A DNA stretch of 64,000 nucleotides from an uncultured Candidatus Binatia bacterium (GTDB lineage Bacteria > Desulfobacterota > Binatia > UBA9968 > CAXXLF01). The stretch's first letter is position 1. Every line of letters begins with the position of its first letter. A program made the translations under genes and the position numbers. The stretch is from assembly GCA_965218425.1 (NCBI GenBank), contig OZ244621.1, forward strand, positions 1,600,001 through 1,664,000, read 5' to 3'. Below the pieces are notes generated by a model. It was not told the origin of the DNA, made no database searches, and saw only the letters and a list, made by a program, of their open reading frames with translations. Of the stretch, positions 10,868-20,668 are shown piece by piece.

Positions 10868-12601
10868 TTACCTGAGACCCATGCGGAGACCCAAGAATCG
10901 AGCCGTTAAAGCCACACCGGTGCTGATGATAATCATAACCACCGCTACTACTGTGGCACTCTCCCAGTCCGGTGCCACCATATAGTCTAGCTGGAGCAAG
11001 GCCAAAGTCCGCGTCTCCCCCGCGGTCAGCAGGATTATGTTGCTAACGTCCCGCGATGCACCTACGAAGTTCATCGTTGCAATCAACGCAAGAACGGGTG
11101 CTAACAAAGGTATCATCACTCTCCGCATGGTATAGAACCACGACGCCCCTGACAGCCAGGAGGCTTCCTCCAGTTCGGCTCCTAGCTGTAGCATATTGCT
11201 CTTGATAATCTGCACGCCAACGGTCATACCGCTGGTCACGGTAACGAGGATTAGCAGGGAGATGGTCCCGTACAAGGGTTTGAACAGGGTGAGAACGACC
11301 CAGAGAACGCCGAGGCCCATGAGCATCCCGGGGAGGGACTGCGGTAGCCAGGTCATGACATCGAGGATTGCCCTGACACGAAACTGGGTGCGAACTAGAA
11401 TATAGGCTATCAAGGACTTGATAATAACACCCACCACCGCCGCCCCCCCTGCTATAAGAAAAGTATTCTTTACGGAAAGCAAAAAGACGGGGTCGTGGAG
11501 GATACGCTTCCAGTGGGCGAGGGTCCAGGGGTGTTCCATATTGACGTAACCAAAGACCTTCATAAAGGTGCCCACGGTCACGGAGATTATCGGCAGTATC
11601 GCCACAAACAACGCAATCCCCATCACTATTGCAAATACCGGCCACTTTGCGCGGCCGAGAGGCGTCGGTTGGGCTTTGTAGCGTCCCGTGACCGTCTCAT
11701 AACTCCTACGAACCGAGAACTGTCGCTGCAGGATCATGAAGGGGAGCGTGATAAAGAGAACCGATGACGCCAACACTGTGGCCGCACCGTATTCAGGAAT
11801 CTCCGCGTTGACGAGGTCGTAGATCTTGGTCCCATAGACATAAAACCCTTGGGGAATACCCAGGACCAACTCGGTCTCAAAGCTCTGCCACAGCCGGACG
11901 AACCCCAGGAGCGCCGTGATGATAATGGACGGAACCATCAGAGGGACCACCACGTGGCGCAGCGTACCCTTGACTCCTGCGCCGGAAAGACGAGACGCTT
12001 CTTCCATGGTGGCGTCCAGGTTACGAAACGCAGGGATCAAGAGAATGGTTTTGATAGCGATAGCGTTCTGCCCCAGGTGAACCCAGACCAGACCCCAGAA
12101 CGTGTAGATATTGAGAGGCCCTGTGGCCGTGTTGATGAAGGGAAGCTTCCTAAGCGCTTGATTGAGCAGGCCAAAGGACGGGTCTATAAGAACGATCCAG
12201 CCCATAACAACCGATAGGCTTGGCAGGAAGAAAGAGAGCCAAAATTGAAACTCGATCCAGTTCTTCTTAGGGATATCCGTTCGCCCGAGTATCCACGCTA
12301 AAAGGATAGCGGTGGGCCAGCTGATCATGCTAGTGGCGAAGTACAGACGGATGGAATTCCACATGGATAGCCAAACTTCAGAATTATTGAGAGTCGTTCG
12401 CCAAGCGTCCAGCCCCCAGACCGGTGCCTGCCCCGGTCCAGCCAGCTGGAAACTGCTAACGATAAGGAACAGGATGGGCGCCACAACCAGGGCCGCCACC
12501 AGAACAAACGCCACACTGTACAGGGTGGACAGCCCGGGCGTCTCCAGACGCAGGCGCCATGGGAAGAAGTGTTGAACTGCCGTCGCGTTAGGCATGGTCA
12601 C
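10868..12601 (-). CDS. ABC transporter permease (Fe(III)/FbpB-like, two TM repeats)
   Basis: Two EAA motifs (EEASRLSGA, EEASWLSGA); hydrophobic. Confidence 0.92.
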   Translation of the reverse strand: MTMPNATAVQHFFPWRLRLETPGLSTLYSVAFVLVAALVVAPILFLIVSSFQLAGPGQAPVWGLDAWRTTLNNSEVWLSMWNSIRLYFATSMISWPTAILLAWILGRTDIPKKNWIEFQFWLSFFLPSLSVVMGWIVLIDPSFGLLNQALRKLPFINTATGPLNIYTFWGLVWVHLGQNAIAIKTILLIPAFRNLDATMEEASRLSGAGVKGTLRHVVVPLMVPSIIITALLGFVRLWQSFETELVLGIPQGFYVYGTKIYDLVNAEIPEYGAATVLASSVLFITLPFMILQRQFSVRRSYETVTGRYKAQPTPLGRAKWPVFAIVMGIALFVAILPIISVTVGTFMKVFGYVNMEHPWTLAHWKRILHDPVFLLSVKNTFLIAGGAAVVGVIIKSLIAYILVRTQFRVRAILDVMTWLPQSLPGMLMGLGVLWVVLTLFKPLYGTISLLILVTVTSGMTVGVQIIKSNMLQLGAELEEASWLSGASWFYTMRRVMIPLLAPVLALIATMNFVGASRDVSNIILLTAGETRTLALLQLDYMVAPDWESATVVAVVMIIISTGVALTARFLGLRMGLR

Positions 12602-12651
12602 CGATATGAGTTGAACCGTTAACGGTCGCCCTTAACTCTATCGCTAAGATT

Positions 12652-13770
12652 CTATACCAGGACCTGCACGTCGTAAGCCGAGAACTCAATTCTCACTGTA
12701 TTGCCACGCCTAGCCGTAACCGAATTCGGGGCCGACACCTTAAGGGAATAATCCTCGGTCACAACGTTCAGCTCACGGTGGTCGCCTAAGTAGGTGTTCA
12801 TCTCCACCTGAGCCTCAACCCTATTCACAACACATGGCTCTCGGTCCTGCGGTTGACTGTCCGTGGAGTTTACCGTGATCTTTTCGGGGCGAATGACAAG
12901 CAGCGCCTTATCACCGGCCACAAGGGACCGATTCCCGTCTACCGTGCACGCAACTTTCTCGCTTCCAGTCGAAACATAAACCAAATTTTGGGACGGCTTA
13001 GCATCGACAATTTCTCCCCGGATAAAGTTAATGGCGCCTACGAAATCAGCAACAAACTCGCTTTGAGGCCGCTCATACACCTCCCCGGGCGAACCCACTT
13101 GCTCGATCACCCCTGAATTCATAACGATAATACGGTCAGACAGTGCCATGGCCTCAGCCTGATCGTGGGTTACGTAGACTGTCGTTAGACCCGTCCGTTC
13201 CTGTAGCTGTTTGATCTCTGTTCGCATCTGCCCCCGGAGCTTGGCATCCAGGTTGCTCAGTGGCTCATCCAACAGCAGCACTGACGGTTCCATGACTATG
13301 GCTCGGGCCAAGGCCACCCGCTGCTGCTGCCCGCCGCTGAGACGCGTTGCCAATCGGTCCTCGAAACCGTTCATCTCCACCAGTTCCAGCACATCGCGAA
13401 CACGGCGGCGCATTTCGGACTTCCCAACCTTACGGTAACGGAGAGGGTAAGCGACGTTTTCGAACACCGTCATATGGGGCCAGATCGCATAGGACTGGAA
13501 GACCATACCCACGTCGCGCTTTTCCGGGGCCACATGCAATTCGCTCGGCACCGAACTCACCAAGCGCCCGCCTAGATAAATCTCCCCGCCCTGAATTTTC
13601 TCCAGGCCGGCAATGGAGCGCATGGTGGTGGTCTTACCGCAGCCGCTGGGACCCAGCAGAGTAAGCAACTCACCCTGCTCCACGTCAAAGGTGACGTTGT
13701 TAACTGCCGCGACGTTGTCGTAGCGCTTCGTGATGCCCTGCACCCTCACCGCTGGCGTACCGGTGTCCAC
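12652..13770 (-). CDS. ABC transporter ATP-binding protein (PotA/FbpC-like)
   Basis: GPSGCGKT, LSGGQQQR, LLLDEPLSNLD, TOBE-like tail. Confidence 0.95.
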   Translation of the reverse strand: MDTGTPAVRVQGITKRYDNVAAVNNVTFDVEQGELLTLLGPSGCGKTTTMRSIAGLEKIQGGEIYLGGRLVSSVPSELHVAPEKRDVGMVFQSYAIWPHMTVFENVAYPLRYRKVGKSEMRRRVRDVLELVEMNGFEDRLATRLSGGQQQRVALARAIVMEPSVLLLDEPLSNLDAKLRGQMRTEIKQLQERTGLTTVYVTHDQAEAMALSDRIIVMNSGVIEQVGSPGEVYERPQSEFVADFVGAINFIRGEIVDAKPSQNLVYVSTGSEKVACTVDGNRSLVAGDKALLVIRPEKITVNSTDSQPQDREPCVVNRVEAQVEMNTYLGDHRELNVVTEDYSLKVSAPNSVTARRGNTVRIEFSAYDVQVLV

Positions 13771-13788
13771 TGGTCTTCCCCCCTGAAG

Positions 13789-14919
13789 CTATCTCCTTCG
13801 CAATACTCCCCACTTTTTTATCTTCGCCTGTAGCGCCTTTACTCCTAAGGTGGACGATTCTGTGCTCTGATTGAAATACTTGCCGTCGCGCTTCAGGAGC
13901 CTGGTGGGGTCAGGATCACGGGGCTTGGTATCGAGCCGCCGACTGTTGGTTTCAACGATATCCGCGTACATCTGCTGAAAATCCTTGGACAGGTACCAAT
14001 TGACGAAGACCTTGGCAGCGTTGGGGTGCGGGGCCTTCCTGTACCATCCAATACTGGCGTTGCCACTGCCCCCGCCAGGGTTAATCTTACCGAAGAAGGC
14101 AGGACCGCCAATGACCTTCACATTGGTACCCATCCCCTCTTTCTGCATCAGCTGCAGGGTATTATTGCTCATCCCTATGGAAATGGGTTTCGTGCACGAG
14201 ACCACCCAGTCGGTCATCTGCCGGTAATCCCGCGAAAAGGTAACGGCCTGCTTTGTGAACACGTTCTTCAGCCACTCCTCCCCTTGGGCCAAACTTAAGA
14301 CCCAGGTGCTTCGACTGCTGCTCCCGGGCCTGGTGGGGTCGTACCACACGATTTTTCCCTTGAACTCGGGATTTATGAAATCTTTGGCGCTGTTGAACTT
14401 CCTTTTCGGCACGCATTCCCGGTTCGCATAACCCAGGGTGGCTCCGGCAGTCCCAATGGCGGCATAGAAGATACTCTTTGCGTCATCCATGAAGCCGGCA
14501 TCAAAGCCATGGATCCAATACTTATCCTCGAAACTTTCTGGAATGATCAGCGCATCGCGCAGCGGCGCCAGAGCATTGATGGCCTTGAATACGAAGACGG
14601 TGGGATTGGTGGAGGCCAAAATGATATCCCAGTTGAATATGCCCACGCGCCGCTCCCTTGCTACCTTGGAAACGATCGTGCTTCCCCGGGCACCGGTGTA
14701 CCTCAACTTGATGTCCGGGAAGGCCTTCGCCCAACCCTCAGTGATGGCCCTTCTTTGATAGGCCCCTGGAGGGCCGGAAACGAAGACCGTACCTTCCTTA
14801 CGGGCTCCAGCAAGAACCTTGTCCCATTCCTCCTGCCACCCCGACTTGGCGGGTGAAGCCGTGAACAGGATCAGGGCCATTAGAATCATTAGGTTCAACC
14901 ACCGTGTGTCATTCTTCAT
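13789..14919 (-). CDS. ABC transporter substrate-binding protein
   Basis: True start MKNDTR at 14919 (GAGGGGG RBS); signal peptide; WDKVLAGARKEG; APHPNAAKVFVNWYLS. Confidence 0.9.
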   Translation of the reverse strand: MKNDTRWLNLMILMALILFTASPAKSGWQEEWDKVLAGARKEGTVFVSGPPGAYQRRAITEGWAKAFPDIKLRYTGARGSTIVSKVARERRVGIFNWDIILASTNPTVFVFKAINALAPLRDALIIPESFEDKYWIHGFDAGFMDDAKSIFYAAIGTAGATLGYANRECVPKRKFNSAKDFINPEFKGKIVWYDPTRPGSSSRSTWVLSLAQGEEWLKNVFTKQAVTFSRDYRQMTDWVVSCTKPISIGMSNNTLQLMQKEGMGTNVKVIGGPAFFGKINPGGGSGNASIGWYRKAPHPNAAKVFVNWYLSKDFQQMYADIVETNSRRLDTKPRDPDPTRLLKRDGKYFNQSTESSTLGVKALQAKIKKWGVLRRR

Positions 14920-14950
14920 TTTAACCCCCTCTTGTTTCTTCTGATCATCC

Positions 14951-16402
14951 TTACGGCAAGCCGAACTCCTTCCAGCGACTGGCGGCTTTGTCCGTAAGCT
15001 CCTTGCGGACCTTATTGACCGGTGGAAACTTGGCTTCCTTGAAACGCATGGTTGCGTCGATACCCATCCCGCGGCTTGGCAGGTCAAAGTCCACCTCACC
15101 CCTGGAATGCTCGGCCCGGGGAAAGACCTTACCCATGAAGACGTCCTTCTCAGGCTCTGCAGCGGAAACAACTCTCCACATGACCTCTCCCCAGTCCCGG
15201 ACGTTACATTCCTCATCCACAACGATTATCCATCGCCATGCTTCCGTGTTCCAAATGGCATCCATAATGCGCTTTGGGTCGTCTTTATCGCGTATCTCGG
15301 CCGAGACGATCAACATCCCATGACGCCCAACCTCAGGGAAATAGACCTCCTTGATGTTGGTCATCCCGCTCTTTTGTATGACTCGAGCCTGGATGGAACC
15401 CGATCTGAGTAACTGGCGCGGATAGTCTTCCACGCGCTGACAGATCAACCCGTAGTTGATGGGATTCTTGCGGTGGGTTATGCATTTGATCTTGATAACA
15501 AAGGCCGTTTTGTTCTCCCCGTAAAACCCCGTGGATTCTCCATGAGGCCCTTCTTCGGTCCTCACGTTTGGGAGCACCTCCCCTTCGATGATCATTTCAG
15601 CGTGGGCTGGGACCAGCAGGTCGCTGGTCTCACACCGCACGAGCTCCGTAGGAGTACCCCTCCATCCAGCCGCCGCTTCATATTCCATGGACCCCTCCAC
15701 GCCGTCAGCACCGGGACGCACCGGACTCCCCGAGGCCAAGGTGAGCAGTGGGTCCATTCCCATAACAATGGCAACGGGGGTTGCTCGCCCCTCCTTCTCA
15801 TTGTCCAAGATATGGTCGCCGCCACCCGGGCCCGTTGATGAATTGCGACCGCGGGTCCCACCCGACAAGGAGAGGGTCTGCTTGTCCTTGAGCATGGCCC
15901 GGTACGAGCCCATGTTCAAAAATCCGGTGATGGGGTCCCGCGTGATAATGCCGGCGGTAGTGCCGAGGTATTGGCCACCGTCCAACTCATGCCAGTGGGG
16001 CGTGGGAATAAAATAGATGTCAATCTCGTCGCCCTTGATGACCACCTCTTTACACGGCCCCGTGGACCCAACCACCGAGGCGATGCGTTGGTTCATTCCT
16101 TCCACCACCCGCTCATGGATCCTCTCTTCATCCGGCTCAGTGTTAAAGGTGATGCCAAGCTGTTTGGTGGAGGAGATGATGTTGGACACCAGCGGCTTAC
16201 CGGGGTAGCCCTTGATGTTTTCAAAGAACAAAGCAGGACCGCCCCTTTCTAGGGACCTAGCAGTAATGGCCCCAATCTCGTCGTTGAGATCCACCTCAGC
16301 CTTAATTCGATGGAGCAGACCGGCTGACTCCAGTAGTTTTAGGTAGTCACGCAAATCCTTATACTGTACCCGCGGTTTATTAGAAGCCATGGCCTTGGAC
16401 AT
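14951..16402 (-). CDS. UbiD family (prFMN-dependent) decarboxylase
   Basis: DLRDYLKLLE, PALFFENIKGY, NMGSYR, EGPHGESTG, GIDAT. Confidence 0.93.
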   Translation of the reverse strand: MSKAMASNKPRVQYKDLRDYLKLLESAGLLHRIKAEVDLNDEIGAITARSLERGGPALFFENIKGYPGKPLVSNIISSTKQLGITFNTEPDEERIHERVVEGMNQRIASVVGSTGPCKEVVIKGDEIDIYFIPTPHWHELDGGQYLGTTAGIITRDPITGFLNMGSYRAMLKDKQTLSLSGGTRGRNSSTGPGGGDHILDNEKEGRATPVAIVMGMDPLLTLASGSPVRPGADGVEGSMEYEAAAGWRGTPTELVRCETSDLLVPAHAEMIIEGEVLPNVRTEEGPHGESTGFYGENKTAFVIKIKCITHRKNPINYGLICQRVEDYPRQLLRSGSIQARVIQKSGMTNIKEVYFPEVGRHGMLIVSAEIRDKDDPKRIMDAIWNTEAWRWIIVVDEECNVRDWGEVMWRVVSAAEPEKDVFMGKVFPRAEHSRGEVDFDLPSRGMGIDATMRFKEAKFPPVNKVRKELTDKAASRWKEFGLP

Positions 16403-16499
16403 GTTTCACTCTCCCTCTGGATTAATCACCGGCACGCTATCTCCCCCGACCTTGGCTGTCAAGCTCTTTGAGACTGGGGTTTTTTCAAACCGACCCCTC

Positions 16500-17190
16500 C
16501 GAACGAGCGAGTACGGTCTCAAAACAATTTAGGGTCAGGCCTGGATATCATGAGGGGCACGATGCGGCTCGCGACTTTTCCAATGCGTTGAATCCCGCAA
16601 TAATTACCCCGCCAACGGTTAGCATACAGATCACTGCGGTCCAGCCCTGGCCCAATCCGTAGGAGCTCTCCAGAACTTCCGCTAATTGATTAGCCTGAAA
16701 CAGAGACAGGCAACCCACGAGTCCGCAAACGAAAAACAAAATCGAGAGGATCCGAAAGGGTCGGCCGAGACCCGCCTCGATAAATACATGGGTCCCCCTT
16801 GAACCACGCCGTTTTCGTCCCTTATGCGGTACACACACGCAAGGGTGCAGGTGAAAAATCTGGTGGCCATGCCGACCGATGCCGAGACCCACATCCAGAA
16901 TACGGCTCCCGGTCCACCTTGGGTGATGACCACCGCCACACCGGCAATGTTGCCCATACCGACGGTGGAGGAAAGGGCTGAAAGTGAGTGACCTCTCCCG
17001 GATCGTCTGGATCGTCCCATTTACCAGGCAGGATTTGCCAGGAATGACGAGCAAAACGAAATGGGGTCGATCGGGAGTACAAGGTGAGGAATAGACCGCC
17101 GCCAATCACGAGCAGGATTAGCGGCCAACCCCAGGCGTAGCCCACTGTTACGGACAAGAGGTGATCAAGGCTGATAAGCCAGGTGGTCAA
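16500..17190 (-). pseudogene. Alanine/glycine:cation symporter (AgcS/AlsT family), frameshifted and truncated
   Basis: GEVTHFQ | ALSSTVGMGNIAGVA...GGPGAVFWMW...GGPMY | FIEAGLG...FQANQ spread over three frames; 3' boundary approximate. Confidence 0.88.
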
Positions 17191-17298
17191 AATTCAACCG
17201 ACATGATTTGAAATTTTCCGTCTAATTTCGGATTACCAATCGGAAAAACAACGACTCGTACAAAGGCGCAAAACACGCCAAATTCGGAAAAATTATAC

Positions 17299-17485
17299 TA
17301 ACCGCAGATTTCCGCAGATAAGAGTTCGGACATTTCACCGCAGCGGCGCAGAGAGTTAATTTTTTGTTTGTCGGGAGACGACGACAAACAAAAACATGTC
17401 TCCTTTGAAGCCCTTAGGATCTGACCAACAGCCGTCTCCCGATTGGGCAAAAATTCTCCTCTTAGCGTACTTGGCGCCTTGGCAT
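17299..17485. repeat. Structured intergenic element with two loop-complementary hairpins
   Basis: 13-bp stem 17361-17373/17382-17394; TCGGGAGACG (17371-17380) is complementary to CGTCTCCCGA (17433-17442); flanked by CGCAG-type repeats. Confidence 0.6.
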
Positions 17486-17686
17486 TTCGGTCCGTAGGGC
17501 CCCCAGCCCGGCGAACACGAAAAACCTCATTGAAGTAGTTCTGTTCGACATTCTATCGGCGAGAACCTGAGATTATACACCCCCATAATGGAGGGGTTAT
17601 TGAATTGCATTCTGGACTGATTTAGGCTCTGCATGCAAGCGACGCTGCTGACGCATTCCATGTTCGAGAGATAAGTCGTAGGAAAC

Positions 17687-19078
17687 ATGCGATTCAATAT
17701 TCAGGCCCTTTTGCTGCTTCTTCTCGCCCCCTGCATGCCGGCATGCCAAACTCTGCGTCTAAACCAGGAACGCGCAAATATTCCGACCAGCCAACTTCCC
17801 CGAATCGTGATACCCAAACACTACGACCTGGCACTTACCGTATTACCCGACCAGGAGCGTTTTCAGGGCAGGGTTGCCATCCATGTGGAGACCCAAAAAC
17901 CGACGAGTATTATCTGGCTGCACGGTTGGGAATTAAATGTCACCCGGGCCTCACTATCACTGGCCGACGGTTGCACCGTCAAGGTGAGGTACAAACAACT
18001 CAATGACGACGGGGTTGCCAAGGTAGAGCTACCTGAAGAGGTCAAATCGCAGAGGGCGCGCCTAAAATTTGATTACGACGCTTGGTTCATGGCCACCGAC
18101 CTCGAGGGTCTTTACCGCGTTCAACAAGATGACCATTGGTACGCCTTCACACAGTTCCAGGCCATCGCGGCCCGTCACTGCTTCGTCTCCTTTGATGAAC
18201 CCGTGTGCAAGGCAACCTTTGCCGTTTCCCTTACAGTGCAAAGGGAGCACACCGCGCTGGCAAACACGCCGCAGATTGGCGAGGTAGAACTTCCTAACGG
18301 AACCAAGCGGGTACAATTTGCCACCACGAAGAAAATTCTTAACTACCTGGTGGCAATGGCGGTGGGTCCCCTCGACGTAGTTGAGGCGGAACCCATTCCT
18401 CCAAACTCCGTTCGGAAAGTCCCGCTACAATTACGAGGCATTGCCGCTCGTGGCCAGGGGCATCGTTTGACCTACGCTCTCAAGCACACGGGGCGGGTAC
18501 TGCAGATTCTAGAGGAGTACGTTGGCGTCCCCTATCCTTTTCGCAAACTCGACATTGTGGCGGTGCCAAGATTCGGCGGTGGCGCGATGGAGAACGTGGG
18601 TCTCATAACCTTCAGAGATCTGGTGCTCATGGTGGAGCAAGAAACCATCATGGAAGTTTCGACTCGCGGTTGTCCGGACTGGATTCTCCCAAACGCAGAC
18701 GGTGCAGGTTACTATCGCTGGAGCTTACCCCCCAAGTATCTCCGCCGTTTGAAGAAGACTTCCAATGACAGACTACCAACCCGCGAGCTTTTGTCAGTAG
18801 GTGACAGCTCGTGGGCTGGCTTTGCTAGGGGTACGGTTTCCGCTGCTGCCGCTCTGGAGCTGGCACCGTGGTTCACGCGACACCCAGAGCGTGAGGTGGC
18901 AACCATACCTATGCGATTTGTCCGTTTTACCCGAGACCGCCTGGTGGAGGAGGGGCAGCGTAAGAGGGTCGAGAGGTTTGCCCGGGACCTTTTTCGCGGG
19001 CCTCCCTGCGGCAAATGCGAAGTAGCAGGTGGCATCGTTTTGTCGGGCCCTAGGAAGGAATCTAGAAATGGACTTTGA
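17687..19078 (+). pseudogene. M1 family aminopeptidase with the catalytic domain deleted
   Basis: N-domain and GGAMENVGLITF are present, then the sequence jumps to ERAP1-C-like PNADGAGYYR; no HEXXH; tail truncated. Confidence 0.8.
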
Positions 19079-20207
19079 ACTGACCCCAGAGCAGAGACGA
19101 TTAGTCCAACAGGTGAAGCGACTCGTAAAGGAGCGAATTTCTCCCCGTGCCGCGCAGTATGACCAGCCCATTGAATTGCCCGTGGAAGATATTGAGGATC
19201 TTCATCGCCAGGGGTGGCTGTTGGCAAATCTAGCACGGGAGCATGGTGGTTTGGGCTATGGCTTGGATGGAGACGATCCGTTGGCCTTCTTCCTTTTGAT
19301 TGAGCACCTGGCCCATGGCAATCCTTCCACGGCCCACTGCTTTCAAGTACACAACAACACCTTGATGATGATCAACGCCATGGCAACTGAGCAACAAAGA
19401 AAACGATGGCTTGAGCCCACCATCGAGCACGGCGCATTGTTGGTGGGCTCCGGTGCCGAGCCCCAGGGTGCTCCCACCACCACCGCTCGACGGGTGGACG
19501 GTGGATTTGTCGTCAACGGCCAGAAACATTACGCCACCAATGCCACACAGGCGGAGTGGCTTTGGATCGGAAGAATCGCCTTTGAAGGCAAGCCTGGAGT
19601 CCTCGGGTTAATGGTCCGTCGAGACACCCCAGGTTTGATCATAGACGCTTCCGCGTGGCGTCCCATGGGAATGAAGGCTTGTGTGAGCCCATGGCTCCAG
19701 CTCAAGGATTGCTTTGTCCCTGAGGAGGACATGATCGGCGCGCTGGGCCAGTTTCGAGTTGAGAACTGGTTGGGAAAGATCAATTTCGCCTTCTCGGCCA
19801 ACTATCTTGGCTCAGCTCAGGCCATGTACGAATGGGCACTGGCCTATGTCCGGGAACGCGGCGGTGGGAAGGATCCTTATCGGCAGCTCCGTGCCGGGGA
19901 ACTCAAAAGCCTATTAGACGCTTCCAGGTTGCTACTCTACCAGGCAGTTAACATGTACAAGCGCGACGCTAAAATGGCCATGGTGCGCGCCCATGCGGCG
20001 AAATGGATGGTTAAAGAAACTCTCTATAAGGTCACAGCGGGGGTTGGAGAACTGGCAGGCTCCACCTCTCTGTTTGAAAAGCATCCCCTGGAACGATTTT
20101 GCCGTGACATGCATGTCCATATGCTCCATGGTCGTCATGACATCGCGGCGCAAATTGTGGGGGCCTCGGAGTTTGGGGAGCCCTACGATGTCAATCGCAC
20201 CCACTGA
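19068..20207 (+). CDS. Acyl-CoA dehydrogenase family protein (possibly a flavin-dependent monooxygenase)
   Basis: MDFELTPEQ, HGGLG, VNGQKHYATN, PLERFCRD; AGGAAGGA RBS. Confidence 0.88.
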   Translation: MDFELTPEQRRLVQQVKRLVKERISPRAAQYDQPIELPVEDIEDLHRQGWLLANLAREHGGLGYGLDGDDPLAFFLLIEHLAHGNPSTAHCFQVHNNTLMMINAMATEQQRKRWLEPTIEHGALLVGSGAEPQGAPTTTARRVDGGFVVNGQKHYATNATQAEWLWIGRIAFEGKPGVLGLMVRRDTPGLIIDASAWRPMGMKACVSPWLQLKDCFVPEEDMIGALGQFRVENWLGKINFAFSANYLGSAQAMYEWALAYVRERGGGKDPYRQLRAGELKSLLDASRLLLYQAVNMYKRDAKMAMVRAHAAKWMVKETLYKVTAGVGELAGSTSLFEKHPLERFCRDMHVHMLHGRHDIAAQIVGASEFGEPYDVNRTH

Positions 20208-20252
20208 GGCATAACAAACTCTTTGTGAATCAAAGTTCAAGCCTCAATGCGT

Positions 20253-20306
20253 TTAAGATAAAACACCATCGATCCGTAAATTAACACCATTCTCGCTGGC
20301 AATCAT
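20253..20306 (-). other. Short ORF (17 aa, MIASENGVNLRIDGVLS) with a strong RBS; small protein or gene remnant
   Basis: AAGGAGGAGAGAA directly precedes ATG 20306; TAA at 20253-20255. Confidence 0.35.
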
Positions 20307-20321
20307 TTCTCTCCTCCTTTT

Positions 20322-20449
20322 AGAATCGAGCGCGCAGCCGGCTGCCTAGCCGTCTAGACGGCTAGTTTATAGAACTGCCTAAAAGCTTAGGCACTGCTTG
20401 CCTTTGCATCCCCGACTCTTTATCATACAGGACCCATTTTTTTGCTCAA
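20322..20449 (-). promoter_or_regulatory. Putative promoter followed by a palindrome-rich leader
   Basis: TTGAGC-16 nt-TATGAT (20449-20422); perfect 20-bp palindrome 20346-20365; inverted repeat 20376-20393. Confidence 0.45.
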
Positions 20450-20603
20450 TGGAAACCATGGCACCCGGCGCCAAACGAATTCTTCCATAAGATTTGACGC
20501 CGATCAGAATTTCGACGTCGGTAATCGACGATCGGATTTTGACTCAGAGGAAACCTGCGTGACGGACCAAGACACGTAACTTCCAGTCCTTCACACGAGA
20601 CAC

Positions 20604-20630
20604 AGCGGCGGTCCGTTTTGGGCCGCCGCT
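20604..20630 (-). terminator. GC-rich hairpin downstream of gltB
   Basis: AGCGGCGGTCC-GTTTT-GGGCCGCCGCT; no clear U-tract. Confidence 0.45.
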
Positions 20631-20668
20631 TGATAAGTAATCAACAAACTATTGATTGAATAGGCGAG

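Noticed and set aside
14920..15222. 101-aa N-terminal extension of the SBP ORF
   Set aside because: Overlaps ubiD; RBS and signal peptide place the start at 14919
17555..17600. GGTGTATAATCTCAGG on the minus strand upstream of agcS, resembling a glycine riboswitch
   Set aside because: The upstream GGAGA and CCGAAG core elements are not present
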